Program-made: the position numbers and the translations under genes
Shown here: in pieces, positions 45,867 to 56,953 of the stretch
Layout of the letters: each line of letters opens with the position of its first letter
Position numbering within the stretch: the first letter of the stretch is position 1
The notes under the pieces: generated by a model
Database searches by the model: none
What the model saw: the letters and a program-made list of their open reading frames with translations, nothing else
Told to the model about the DNA's origin: nothing
From: Naegleria gruberi
Taxonomy: Eukaryota
Assembly: GCA_000004985.1 (NCBI GenBank)
Contig: GG738911.1
Reading direction: 5' to 3' (one strand)
DNA: 64,000 nucleotides

Positions 45867-46521
45867 ATTAAATTACATACGAGATGGAAAGTTAATTGGA
45901 AAATGGAATGAAATTACTTCCGATACGCTGGAAAAAATTACTCATGAAGCTAAATACTTTAAATTACCTGGAATAATTAATGATATTGAAGAGTGTCGAG
46001 TATTGAATGCAAGTTTTGATCCAAGAACATTGGAAGAGGAATGTCAACTTCGATTCTACAATCAAGAGGTTGTTAAAAAATCAGAGTCAGGTTCTCTATT
46101 TGCCTGCCTCGATTATCACATTAATAAGCAGCTAGTCGAGTGTTGCAAAGATCCATTCAGATATTTTGTGAAATTCCTGCTGAGATATGGAGAATCCAGT
46201 AATTTAGCAATTGGAGTTACTTGCAAACAGACCAATCGTTGGAACCGTTTTGAAGTAATGAAAAAGATTAAGGAAAAGGATACAATTGCAATTTGGTACA
46301 ATTACCAAACAGAACATCTGGTTCTTTACTGGAACGACGTGGAAGTTCAACGAAAGACCTTCAAAATCAACTCACACGACTGGGTCTTTCATGTGGAAAT
46401 GTTTGCCGATGATAATTTCTGTGGTTTGAGATTGGTTCAACATCAAGGAATTCATCCCTCACAAATAGTACATCAACATGAGGAATCTGAAGAAGAAGAT
46501 GCTGAAGAGCATTCTCAATAA
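45867..46521 (+). CDS. KCTD-type BTB protein, exon 2 and C-terminal domain.
   Basis: Continues ...LNYIRDGKLIGKWNEITSDTLEKITHEAKYFKLPG... and ends in an acidic tail before TAA at 46519-46521. In frame with track ORF 46003..46521. Confidence 0.65.
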
Positions 46522-46996
46522 TAAACTAATGCCAAACACTTCATTATTGCCAGTTGGCTGGGCAGAGCTCCATTTAAATAAGGTCTCTTAAAGACCAAAT
46601 AAGGAGATTGCTTCCGTTATGAATATTGAAAAACTTTGTTGCATCTCGGCATCACACATAACGAAGAATAGCAATATTCTTCACCTGAAAAAAACCGTAA
46701 ATTTGTTTGAGGGCAAAACTGTACATTTCTCTCCCTCTCTGAAACCAACATCAATTTTCATCTCTCAACAACAACAACAACAGTAACAACTCTGCGATTA
46801 CTCTTCTATAACACCTTTGTTCTAGTATTAAAAGAGAAGATTTATAACAATATTAGCTTTTATTAGTAAGAAGAAGAAGAATTTCAAATTGTCGAACCAG
46901 AACAACAATCATCATCCGAATCACAACAACACTCTCATTACAGTATTATAATATAATGCAAATAACAACAACTCATAGAAGAAATATAATAACATC

Positions 46997-48967
46997 ATGA
47001 TAAAACCAACATCTTATTCCGCTCCGGCAGCATTTGAGGTGGTAATTCCACCTCCCCTCAATCTATTGAATAGAAGAGAGTCTTGCATTGAGAATTGTTA
47101 TGGAAGTAATCAAAACTCTGCTCGATCCAACAAGTCAGTGAAGAGAGCATCAGAACATCCAACATATAATTCTAGCAAATCTTCAGAAGCTGATGATACC
47201 AATAATCAAGCTCAAGCCAGGGGAATACCCAGGAGGAAGTTGTTAGTTCTCAATATTCTGCAACATCAATTGGCAGAAACGAGACAGAAACGATTGGAGG
47301 AACAACAGCAAGAATACATTAAGAATGTATATCATCAACAACAACACAAACCAAACAAGATGACTATTAATCATGACTTGATTGTGGATGAAAAACAAGT
47401 GAATAATGGAATGTTTTCAGAATTGAAGAGTTTTCTGCATGATGATTCGGTGCAGTTTCCATTGCTTAATACACATTCGCAACCAGTCATTGGTCAACAA
47501 CAACAATTGTCAACTCCACCACCACTCCTCTCCACTCAATCTCTCAATCAAGTCATTGGAAATTCAACAATGGCAGCATCAACTTCCAATATAGAACCAA
47601 CAAAAGCTCCAATTCTTCCATTCAATATTGATTTGGATCTCAATCCAAAAAAGCAAGAAAAGAAACACAAACAATCCAAAGAATTCTGCGCCAAAATTAT
47701 TGGTGTGCCCTCAAGTTACACAATTTCCGACATTCATGACCTAGTTCTGGAAAGATGTAGTATTATTTGTAATCAAATATGTATTAAGGAGAAACGAGGA
47801 AAACGAACAGCCATTCTGGATATGAAATCTAAAAAAGAGGCACAAGAAGTGAAAAAGAATATTGAAGGAATTAAGGTTGAACTTCATGAATTGAAAGTGA
47901 GAGTAATCATGAAGAAGAAGAATCAAGCAGCCAATTCCTCATTATCAACTACCGAAAACACCAAACAATCAAATAATTTACAAATTGATTACAAAATTAC
48001 CGAATCTGTAGAGGATATTATTGGATATACATTCTCTAACAAGTCCTATCTTATGATTGCCCTCACTCATGGTCATCCAACCTCTCAAACATGGATACCC
48101 TTAGGAAAGAAACTCTTACATACCTATTTGGATGAAAATATTTTCGAGGAGAGTTCGTCCTTTAGTAAACTTGTTGCTGAGAAGAATGACATTGAGCAGG
48201 GAGTAATACTATCTACACTGATGAGACTTCACACCATCAATAGATATCTCCGAAAGCATGGAACCAATTATCAAGTAGTTTCTGCAACAGACATGGCAGA
48301 TTGCTTTCTCTCACTCATGTACTCTATTAAGGAAGATTGTCATGGAGCTGAAGAGGAGATTAAAATTTCACTCATGAGAATGTATCACCCATTGGGATGT
48401 CTTGTTTGTGCAAACATTACCGAGGAAGAAATTGAGAAATTGAAAAGAGGAGCCACAGCTGATTTCAAACCAAGTGTTTCTGCTCTTCCAAAAGATGTGG
48501 GAAATCTCTTAACTTTAGGAAATGAAATTAATTACGAGTTACTAATCTCTGAGGAGTATTTAGGAAAAGGATTACATTTTGCTGCGAGAAAAACCAATTC
48601 ACCCTCTTCCATCAAGACCATTATAAGGAAGGGTGCTGATCCAGATTATAGAATTGGAGGATACACCCCTCTCATGGTTGCCAAATCTCCTGCCCATTTG
48701 AAGGTTCTCATACAAGCAGGAGCTAGACTCGAGGAAGTTTCACAACCACACAAACTTTCAGTTATGGCCTGTGCTGTGGAAAGAAAGAGTCACTCCATTG
48801 TGAAATATCTAATCAATCACCATGATTATGCTGTGGATGATCAGGTGAGACCAGCTTGTGAGCATGCATTAAGTATGCTTTCAAAAATGACGGATGAAAA
48901 GAAGAAGAGTAAAATGTCTCTAATCATCGAGACATTACAATCTTTTCTCTCAGATAGAGAGTTGTAA
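46997..48967 (+). CDS. Ankyrin-repeat protein with a Q-rich N-terminal region.
   Basis: ATG at 46997. C-terminal ankyrin repeats GLHFAARKTNSPSSIKTIIRKGADPD..GYTPLMVAKSPAHLKVLIQAGARLE... Confidence 0.6.
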   Translation: MIKPTSYSAPAAFEVVIPPPLNLLNRRESCIENCYGSNQNSARSNKSVKRASEHPTYNSSKSSEADDTNNQAQARGIPRRKLLVLNILQHQLAETRQKRLEEQQQEYIKNVYHQQQHKPNKMTINHDLIVDEKQVNNGMFSELKSFLHDDSVQFPLLNTHSQPVIGQQQQLSTPPPLLSTQSLNQVIGNSTMAASTSNIEPTKAPILPFNIDLDLNPKKQEKKHKQSKEFCAKIIGVPSSYTISDIHDLVLERCSIICNQICIKEKRGKRTAILDMKSKKEAQEVKKNIEGIKVELHELKVRVIMKKKNQAANSSLSTTENTKQSNNLQIDYKITESVEDIIGYTFSNKSYLMIALTHGHPTSQTWIPLGKKLLHTYLDENIFEESSSFSKLVAEKNDIEQGVILSTLMRLHTINRYLRKHGTNYQVVSATDMADCFLSLMYSIKEDCHGAEEEIKISLMRMYHPLGCLVCANITEEEIEKLKRGATADFKPSVSALPKDVGNLLTLGNEINYELLISEEYLGKGLHFAARKTNSPSSIKTIIRKGADPDYRIGGYTPLMVAKSPAHLKVLIQAGARLEEVSQPHKLSVMACAVERKSHSIVKYLINHHDYAVDDQVRPACEHALSMLSKMTDEKKKSKMSLIIETLQSFLSDREL

Positions 48968-49055
48968 TGAAATTAAACCCAATTAATGTATATATTTAAC
49001 TATTTTTTATTATATTTAATTTGTTAATATGGTACAGAGCTACTAATGAATTAGG

Positions 49056-50126
49056 TCACTTCTTAAATTTAACAATCAATGCAACGACAATACAAATAAA
49101 CAATGTTGCAAACATAACCAAATCATACATGATAATAAAATAAAGAGACTTTTTGGCATATTTTGAGAATTTTCGATGTTTTTGATTGTGTGAATTCTTG
49201 AAATTGGCAAAAACCATCACCAATGGTAAAACCGACAAGCAAGGAACAAACCAAAACATAATTGCACAAATCATACTCAAACAATAGAACAATTTGGCAC
49301 GATTACTCTTCTTGAAAAGCAATTTGGAAAGTTTAGATTGCTTTCCATCATTGTAATCCTCCTGTGGAACGAGCAATAGTGAATCCAATCGATGATCTTC
49401 AAATTGAGGAGAAATCAAACTATCCATCGAATAGAGTTGCGGAGTTTGATTTCCAACACTCTTTTGTGTTGTAATGGATGGCATGCTGTTTCTTCTGGTT
49501 TCGTACATTTCCTTAAGTGAGGTCAGAGTTTTAATGTTGTGATAGGGAAATCCTTGAGGCATGGTTTCTAATTCAATTTCAATTTCTTCTGGATTTACAT
49601 TTTTCAAAGGTTTGTAAACGTGATGATCGTGAATTGAGTGAGATGTTTGAGGTTTTAGGTTTGAGGAAGAGAAGGCACCAGTGCTTTCATTGGAATCTTG
49701 TTTTGGAAGAAAGGGTTTCGTCAAATCATTCGAGTTTCCAATAGATTGATATTTTGGAAAGTTATCTGAAAGAATTGGTTCCTTCTTACGATCGAGATAT
49801 TGAAAGTCATTGACGAAATCTTCTCGTTCATCAGTGTAATCGATTTGAATTTCTTCCAATTCTCTATTGTCTTCTTCAATTCTTTCTGGTTGGAAAAAAT
49901 TCGAAACCTTTCCAACAGTTTCTTCTGGTTGAGAATGAAACTCATCGAGAGTAGTCAGGATTTTATTCTCCTCATCTTGTTTACTTTGATCAGATTCGTG
50001 TTGGTTCAGTGCTTCTATTTGTTGATTCGAAATGTTTAGTTTCGAATAATATTGAGAAGGATTCGAAGAGGCAGGTTGGGCAGGTTGATGATTCTCAAGA
50101 AGATTCGAGGTTTCATTAACTGACAT
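49056..50126 (-). CDS. Hypothetical membrane protein with an acidic N-terminal region and two C-terminal TM helices.
   Basis: ATG at 50126 (MSVNETSNLL...). The track start at 50159 is TTG. TMs LFYCLSMICAIMFWFVPCLSVLPLVMVF and LYFIIMYDLVMFATLFICIVVALIV. Confidence 0.5.
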   Translation of the reverse strand: MSVNETSNLLENHQPAQPASSNPSQYYSKLNISNQQIEALNQHESDQSKQDEENKILTTLDEFHSQPEETVGKVSNFFQPERIEEDNRELEEIQIDYTDEREDFVNDFQYLDRKKEPILSDNFPKYQSIGNSNDLTKPFLPKQDSNESTGAFSSSNLKPQTSHSIHDHHVYKPLKNVNPEEIEIELETMPQGFPYHNIKTLTSLKEMYETRRNSMPSITTQKSVGNQTPQLYSMDSLISPQFEDHRLDSLLLVPQEDYNDGKQSKLSKLLFKKSNRAKLFYCLSMICAIMFWFVPCLSVLPLVMVFANFKNSHNQKHRKFSKYAKKSLYFIIMYDLVMFATLFICIVVALIVKFKK

Positions 50127-50570
50127 TTTTTGGAGTGTTTTGATTTGCTCTCCAATCAAATTTAGCCAGAATTTAACATTTGCCTATCTTTGGATATTTT
50201 CCAAATTTGGAGAGTGGATTTTTGAAATTTTAAACGTTCACTTGAATTTTTTTAATATTTTACAAATTACTTGATAGCTTTTATAAGGAAATGTTGGTTA
50301 AATTGGAAAATATTCGAATAAATTATGGAATTTTTGAAACTTGATTTTTGTAATTACATGAATTACAAAGTTTACAATAAATATCTGATCAATTTTAATG
50401 TAATTTAATTTTTCCATATGATAGATCTCCTATTAGAAACTTTGTTAGACACTTGTCCCAGAAACTATTAGAAACTGTCCTATTTCTTTACAGTTCCAAA
50501 ATTAAACTTTACAAAACCTGAGATTCATGATAAATTTGTGGAGTAGCAGTTTAATAATGTACAAAATAAT

Positions 50571-50905
50571 TTAATTGAATGGAGTAACGGTCAATCCTTT
50601 TTGAACTGCAGGTCTTTCACCAACTCTATCAATGTAGGCCTTAATGTGTGGATAGGTTTCCCATTTGAATTGTTCAACAACTGGTTCACCATAGAATGGC
50701 AACACTCTCAACCATGGGAAAATAGCCATATCAGCAATGGTGTATTCATCTCCAATAATATACTTCTTGTCTCCTTCAGCCAAATGCTTTTCCAAAACTC
50801 CCCACAATCGTTGAGTTTCTTTCAAGTATCTTTCCTTTCCAACTGGAACATCAGTTGGGCAGTATTTGTGGAAGAATCCCATTTGTCCAGACATTGGTCC
50901 CAATC
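50571..50905 (-). CDS. GST exon 2, C-terminal alpha-helical domain.
   Basis: ...YIIGDEYTIADMAIFPWLRVLPFYGEPVVEQFKWETYPHIKAYIDRVGERPAVQKG, then a stop. Confidence 0.75.
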
Positions 50906-51033
50906 CTATTATTCATCAATTGATCATTCATATCAGTGCGTAGGATTAAATGTATTGAATATTGTAAAATTATTGAAAATTATTGTAAAATATTAAATAT
51001 TAATCCAAATTGATCAAGTGATTCAAAACATAC
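50906..51033 (-). other. GST intron (128 nt, GTATGT...AATAG).
   Basis: Joining gives ...WLAWQIAG|LGPMSGQMGFFHKY, the conserved GST motif that spans the N- and C-terminal domains. Confidence 0.7.
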
Positions 51034-51427
51034 CAGCAATTTGCCAAGCTAACCATTGCAAACATTGATAATATTCCTTTGATCCTTTTGGAGGAATAAA
51101 CTTTCCACTTTTATCAGCCAAATATTGCAAAATTGCTCCCGATTCAAACAATGCCAATCCATTTTCCTGATCAACAATTGCTGGGATCTTATTATTTGGA
51201 GAAATCTTTAAGAATTCTGGAGAAAATTGTTCTCCTTTTCTAATATCAATGGTGTGTGCCTTATATTCGAGTCCCATTTCTTCCAAAGCAATGGCAATCT
51301 TATGACCATTTGGAGTAGCAAGTGAGTAGAGATCGATCATTTTGTTTCTATATTGTTGTTGGTGTTGTTGATTTTGTAGCAGAGAGCTTTGAGTTTTATT
51401 GCTTCCGATTGCAAATTTCTTGATCAA
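51034..51427 (-). CDS. Glutathione S-transferase (Nu/YfcG-like), exon 1, N-terminal thioredoxin-like domain.
   Basis: IDLYSLATPNGHKIAIALEEMGLEY...NNKIPAIVD...LALFESGAILQYLADK. Ends in phase 1 at a GTATGT donor. Confidence 0.75.
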
Positions 51428-51972
51428 ATTTCTTGATGGCTTAATTTTTGAATTTTTTTTTGATTTTGAAAAATAAACAAATTCCGTGATGAGGACATTT
51501 TAAAGGAAAAATTGAACGCACGCAAAATGTCCTCTGAAATTTGCAACATTGTAAGTTTTGTTGTAAAGTGAAAGAAAATGCATCCTTATGGAGGATGAAT
51601 TGTTCAAAGAGCTTGGCCAGAGGAAGAGCCCAAAGAGGTACATTGAAGATTAGGAAGTTTCTCAACAATCTATGAAGCTTTTGAATAAACATTGAGTTCA
51701 ATGTTGTGCATGGTATTACTATCAATTAAAATAAAAGTGCTGTTAATAATTTGAATCCTTCATCACACCAATTCAGAAATATCGAGTGAAGGGAATTGTT
51801 TAATTTCACTTCGAAACTAGTGGACAAACAAAAAGGACTCATGATTAGAATTATCAACGATTATAAATCATCATTCCCGCCATTTTCTTCTTCAGTTCAT
51901 TATTTCAGTGCTCTTTCGAATAATCGCAACAGCTGACATGTTGAAAGTTTTCCAATAAAAAAAATTCACAAG

Positions 51973-54309
51973 ATGACAACAGACAGCCATCATCACTCGC
52001 TTCTCATACGACAATACATCTTTCTATCCTCCATTCTTCTTCTCCTTTTCGTCTTTTCACAAGTTTCGTCTCAAGATTATTACATTTCGAATACGGGATT
52101 TTTAGCTCCACAACCAGATGGAATAACATACAATGCAGGGAGTTTATATGTAGCCCTGAATGCTACCAATAGAATAGTCAAGTTTGACCTCACCTCGCAA
52201 CAAGTTTCGTATATTGCTGGAACTGGCCAGGAAGGTTTCGGTGGAGAAAACGAAATTGCGACCGAATCTCCTCTCCGAGCTCCATCAATTGCAAAACTGG
52301 CCTCTGATGGTACCATTTACATTACCGATTGTTCAAATGATAGAATTAGAAAGATTGTTGCTGGCAATGTTTCGACTCTAGTTTCGTCTATTTCATTGAG
52401 TCGACCTTTCGGATTAGATATTCATCCAATAAGTGGTGATTTGTACATTTCAGAATTAACTTCACGAATTGTCAAATTGACACCAAGTTCTGGAATAGCA
52501 GAAGCTTTGACTTTGAATGGAAATGGTTACAATGGAGATCAAATTCTAGCAATTTCTGCCAATGTCAACAATCCATTGCATATCCACGTGAAAAGTAATG
52601 GAGAATATTACTTTTTGGATTATGGAAATAATGCTATTCGAAAGGTGGATCTAAATGGATATATTTCTACAATAGTTTTGGGTGCATTTACTGCTATTGG
52701 TGGCGATCCTTTAATTAGTAATGAATTTTATTATGGAGGAGTTGGACAAATTTTCAAATATTCGAATGGATCATCTGTTCTAATTGCTGGTGGAGGAGTT
52801 TTGGATGTGGATGATGTTGATGCTAAAACTGTAATGTTTGGCCAAGTTTTTGGAATTACTTTGGGAGTGAGTGGTGAGGTTTACTTTTCAGATTATGGAA
52901 ATGGAAGAATTAGAAAGTTGGTGACATGTAGTGCAGGAACTTCCTATTCTGGCTATACTCATTCGTGTGTTTCTTGTTTTGGAGCAAGTGGTGCAGGGGC
53001 ATGTTCTGGAAATGGTGTTTGCATTAATAATGATGTTTGCGCATGTACTGTTTCAGGTTTTAGTGGAACTTATTGCAATGTTTCCGTTACTACTTGTTTT
53101 AACATTACAAGCGATCAGCCAACTACTTGTTCAGGTCATGGATCTTGCGTTTCTTTGAATAATTGTTCGTGTCTTTCTGGATATGATGCAATCGATTGCT
53201 CTGTCAACATTTCACCATTTGCAATGAGTACCAGTATTTCTTCAACCTCAGTTTCAGACTCTTCAGCAATTGGCATTCAAGCAATTTACTCTTCAGATGT
53301 TAATCCAACTTATTTCATTTGGGCTTGTACGAATTGTATCTATAAGGATTCGAATAATCAATTGCAATTTAGCAATATATCAAATACTGCCATTATTGAT
53401 GGTTCATTACTCAGTGTAGGAACTTATTCATTTACTGTTTATGGTATTTATGATAATGGACCTTCGTATCCAGCCAGAGTTTCGAATGTTGCCAATTTCC
53501 AAATCACAGTAATCAAATCAGTATTTTCTTCATCTTCGTTGGAGATTTATGGATTGCCATCGGTTGTGGTGGCTACAAACGCATCAAGCTCTCTCAACAT
53601 TATCATTCCACGACTTTCTCTCGATCAAACTCTCATTAATCAATTCTTGTCATGCAGTAACAGCTCAACAACATGTGGATTGTTAATTTCCTACAATGCT
53701 GCTCTGTCAATTACCAAGAACTCAATTACCTCCGTCATTTCAAGTTACAACGGTTACACCATGGCCAGTACAAATTTCATGAATAATACCATCACCTTTA
53801 CTCCATCTTTGAATTTTAAGGATAGTAATGCATATTCTGGCACTGAAATGATTCTCAATTTGGAGCTTACTGGTGCCACCAATTTGACCTTCTCTACTTC
53901 AGTACCAATTTATTCTTCAGCCACTCCACCACAAAGTACATCTGCAAATTCGACAGGTGGCGTGTTGGTTGATGTTTTGGGAATAGTGTCTCCATCATCA
54001 GGTAGAGCCCTCTCTGATCTTTTCACAATTACTTTTTCATCATGGACTGCAGCAGCTCAATTATTACCTTTGAAATATTCTGTTGGATTTGTAGATCCTG
54101 TTACTTCGAATGTGGTGAGAGTTACCGATTATACAGAGACCACTTCAGCTAATTTCATTCTTCCTTATCTTTCTTCGGTTTCTAATAGTAGAGGCCTTTT
54201 AGCTACTAGCTCGGTATCTGTAGTTGTTTTTGTGAATGATTCTATGGGAAATCAATATTCAAGTACTGTTCTCCCTATGCAGGAACAACGACAGAGTTGG
54301 TTTCTCTAA
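51973..54309 (+). CDS. Extracellular NHL-repeat / EGF-like (tenascin-type Cys-rich) / S-T-rich region with a signal peptide. Probably the 5' part of the GPCR gene below.
   Basis: Signal-like LLIRQYIFLSSILLLLFVFSQVSS. NHL repeats (GTIYITDCSNDRIRKI, GDLYISELTSRIVKL, EYYFLDYGNNAIRKV, EVYFSDYGNGRIRKL). EGF-like CSGNGVCINNDVCACTVSGFSGTYC...CSGHGSCVSLNNCSCLSGYDAIDC. The track ORF ends with TAA at 54307-54309 and overlaps the next ORF. Confidence 0.6.
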   Translation: MTTDSHHHSLLIRQYIFLSSILLLLFVFSQVSSQDYYISNTGFLAPQPDGITYNAGSLYVALNATNRIVKFDLTSQQVSYIAGTGQEGFGGENEIATESPLRAPSIAKLASDGTIYITDCSNDRIRKIVAGNVSTLVSSISLSRPFGLDIHPISGDLYISELTSRIVKLTPSSGIAEALTLNGNGYNGDQILAISANVNNPLHIHVKSNGEYYFLDYGNNAIRKVDLNGYISTIVLGAFTAIGGDPLISNEFYYGGVGQIFKYSNGSSVLIAGGGVLDVDDVDAKTVMFGQVFGITLGVSGEVYFSDYGNGRIRKLVTCSAGTSYSGYTHSCVSCFGASGAGACSGNGVCINNDVCACTVSGFSGTYCNVSVTTCFNITSDQPTTCSGHGSCVSLNNCSCLSGYDAIDCSVNISPFAMSTSISSTSVSDSSAIGIQAIYSSDVNPTYFIWACTNCIYKDSNNQLQFSNISNTAIIDGSLLSVGTYSFTVYGIYDNGPSYPARVSNVANFQITVIKSVFSSSSLEIYGLPSVVVATNASSSLNIIIPRLSLDQTLINQFLSCSNSSTTCGLLISYNAALSITKNSITSVISSYNGYTMASTNFMNNTITFTPSLNFKDSNAYSGTEMILNLELTGATNLTFSTSVPIYSSATPPQSTSANSTGGVLVDVLGIVSPSSGRALSDLFTITFSSWTAAAQLLPLKYSVGFVDPVTSNVVRVTDYTETTSANFILPYLSSVSNSRGLLATSSVSVVVFVNDSMGNQYSSTVLPMQEQRQSWFL

Positions 54310-56927
54310 TCGGTTCATATGCCAGCTCTTCTCTTCTCACTGTTTTCAGTTATGACACCTCTCTTTCCGCTGCCAATTCTACTTCCTCAAGTGATGTTGC
54401 ATTGGAAATTGTGAAGAGTGTAGTAATTGATCCAAAGAATCCTACCACAGCTCTCACAGCCATTCAACAAGCTACCTCAAATCCAGAGGCTGTCGATTCT
54501 CGTGTCATTACTGAATTAACTAACAAGATTAATAATTTTGTAGCAACTCTCAATACTAATTACAAAGAAGAGAGAGCTCTTTATGGATTTGTCAAATCTA
54601 AATTGGCAACTGCTGACACAACAAGAACAACAGAAATTATTTCAAATGTTTTGGCAAGTGGAAGAGGAAATCAACAATCTAAGGGAATGGCAGATAATTT
54701 GACCAATTTATTAATTTTGGGAGAAATTGCCACATTATTAACTGGTCAGGATCAATCATCAGATGTTAACGAGTTGACCAAAGTTTCCTTCACATCTTCT
54801 CAATTGGATATTGCTGTTGCCGTCTTTACTTTGGATAAAGAAATGAATGGAACCAATCAAATGATTGGAGGTGATAATTCTGTAACCATGCCATTGTCAC
54901 AAATCACGAAACAATACAATGGATTCTCTAAAGAATCTGCCACTACCATGATCACCTATGATCAAAATATTTACTCTCAATCCAATGTTAGCGTCCTAAC
55001 TTCAACAGTGACTGATTTTAAATATTATCAAAATCAACAAGTTGTAACATTGGAGAATTTATCACAAAATATTGAACTCAAATTCAAAATTACAAATTCT
55101 ACAATTGTAATGGAAAAGATTATGGAATATATCAATAGTACAACTCAATTCAATTCAACCTCAAACAGCACCCAATCCAATTCTACTCTAGTGATGGCTT
55201 GCAAATATTGGGATGAATCTGCACTTGCTTGGAGCAGTAGAGGATGCTATCTGAAAGGATACAATTTGACAAGTCAAGAAATTCTCTGTTCTTGTTCTCA
55301 CACGACAATGTTCACAACCTTTGTGGAACAAAACACTTCGACAATTCCTGCTTCAGTGAAGGAAACAGTTGCTGCCTTTTATTATGGTCAAATTGCGTTG
55401 GGAATTTTCTATTTCTTGACTTCCATTGTCATTCTTTGTTTGTTGATTATTTTCAAGAATGAACAACCAATTTCATCTCGTTTGATTACTCCATACTTGG
55501 GAATGATTGCATTGATTGTGGAATCTCTTCTCGTTTACATTACACAAAGAGGTATTTTAGTGAGACAGTTGACTTCTACTTCAACTCAAATGTGGGAATC
55601 TGGAGATACTGATGCCAACACAATTGCAAACATTGTTCTCATATTTGCGAATACCATTAATTTGACAGCCATTTTATCTTATGTCATGCAAGTGTTGAGA
55701 TTCCAAGTTATGAAATACTTGTACGATTTATTGGCCTCCAGTAGAAATAATGAAAAGAAGAGCGATAGAATTTTGACAGTTTTGAGATTCTTGACATCTT
55801 CCTCATTGTTTTCCGCTATTTTAATTGTATTTGCAGTTATTAATGTATGCTATTGGGTCTTGTGGGTTGTTTTGAGAAGAACTGGAGTCCTTCCACCAGC
55901 AACATACACCTACATTGTTTCCATTTCGTATACGGTTATCATTTTCACATTTGGTGTCATTATTACATTGGTAGCAATCTTTGACTGGGTTGGATCTTCA
56001 GCCAAAGCAGGAATCAAAGCCAAGAGAAACTCCTCACTCACCAGAGAATCCAAATTCAAAATTGAAGAAGAAATTCAGAAGGAAATGGAAAAGTTTGATA
56101 TTTTCGAAAAGATTTACACAATTCTAGTAGGAATTGATGAACCATTGTATTTCAGAACTGAAATGATTATTTATGTGATTAGTTTCGTATTTTTAATCTT
56201 AAATCAAGTTATTGGATTGGTAGGAAATGAACTTAGATATGGAAATGAAGCCTCGTACAAGAAGGCGCTAATATTCGACTCCATTTCATTTATTTTCGAA
56301 GTTCTCTACGTGTTTACCTATTTATTTGTCTTTGGAGGATACTCTCTCATTCTATTACTCATTAGCAAGGTGAAAACATACAGAAATAACAAGGAAATGA
56401 AAAAATCTGCCAAGAAAAACATCAGCCAAGGTAGAGAAATCAACGAGGACATGTCACTTGTCTTTTCCAGCGATGAAGCCACTGAATTATTCGCCAGTTT
56501 CTGCGTTAAGGAATTCTCCTCTGAAAACTTTTATCTCTACTCAGATTTGAAAGAAAATACAGACATTATCGAAGGTAATAACATGCGAAAATTGCATCCA
56601 TATCTTCACTACATTCACGACACGTATGTGAAAGATGGCGCCAACTATCAAGTGAATATTCCAAACAAGTGCAGAACTAGTTTTATGAATCTGTTCAACA
56701 AGTATGCGAATGAGGTTTTGGAAATGTTGGATTCACAACTCAGTGAAAAGATCTCAACGGAAATAAGGAGTAGTTTTGAAATTCTAGTTCAGCAAATATT
56801 TGTCAATTTGGGAGATACCTTTTCAAGATTTGTATTTACTGTGGAATTTAAGGTTTTTAAGAAAGCATATGAACTTAGACAGGATATTTTGGAGGAATCT
56901 AATGTTGTTTTAATTGATGATGAGTAA
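54297..56927 (+). CDS. GPS motif, 7TM domain and C-terminal RGS domain (adhesion-GPCR-like with a built-in GAP). It has no ATG of its own; it is probably spliced to the upstream NHL/EGF ORF.
   Basis: GPS-like CKYWDESALAWSSRGCYLKGYNLTSQEILCSCSHTTMFTTF. Seven hydrophobic helices. RGS box FASFCVKEFSSENFYLYSDL...YQVNIP...LVQQIFVNLGDTFSRFVFT. The frame is open from 54240. Confidence 0.65.
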   Translation: MVSLIGSYASSSLLTVFSYDTSLSAANSTSSSDVALEIVKSVVIDPKNPTTALTAIQQATSNPEAVDSRVITELTNKINNFVATLNTNYKEERALYGFVKSKLATADTTRTTEIISNVLASGRGNQQSKGMADNLTNLLILGEIATLLTGQDQSSDVNELTKVSFTSSQLDIAVAVFTLDKEMNGTNQMIGGDNSVTMPLSQITKQYNGFSKESATTMITYDQNIYSQSNVSVLTSTVTDFKYYQNQQVVTLENLSQNIELKFKITNSTIVMEKIMEYINSTTQFNSTSNSTQSNSTLVMACKYWDESALAWSSRGCYLKGYNLTSQEILCSCSHTTMFTTFVEQNTSTIPASVKETVAAFYYGQIALGIFYFLTSIVILCLLIIFKNEQPISSRLITPYLGMIALIVESLLVYITQRGILVRQLTSTSTQMWESGDTDANTIANIVLIFANTINLTAILSYVMQVLRFQVMKYLYDLLASSRNNEKKSDRILTVLRFLTSSSLFSAILIVFAVINVCYWVLWVVLRRTGVLPPATYTYIVSISYTVIIFTFGVIITLVAIFDWVGSSAKAGIKAKRNSSLTRESKFKIEEEIQKEMEKFDIFEKIYTILVGIDEPLYFRTEMIIYVISFVFLILNQVIGLVGNELRYGNEASYKKALIFDSISFIFEVLYVFTYLFVFGGYSLILLLISKVKTYRNNKEMKKSAKKNISQGREINEDMSLVFSSDEATELFASFCVKEFSSENFYLYSDLKENTDIIEGNNMRKLHPYLHYIHDTYVKDGANYQVNIPNKCRTSFMNLFNKYANEVLEMLDSQLSEKISTEIRSSFEILVQQIFVNLGDTFSRFVFTVEFKVFKKAYELRQDILEESNVVLIDDE

Positions 56928-56953
56928 TAAAATGATTTCTTATGGAAAGCAGA

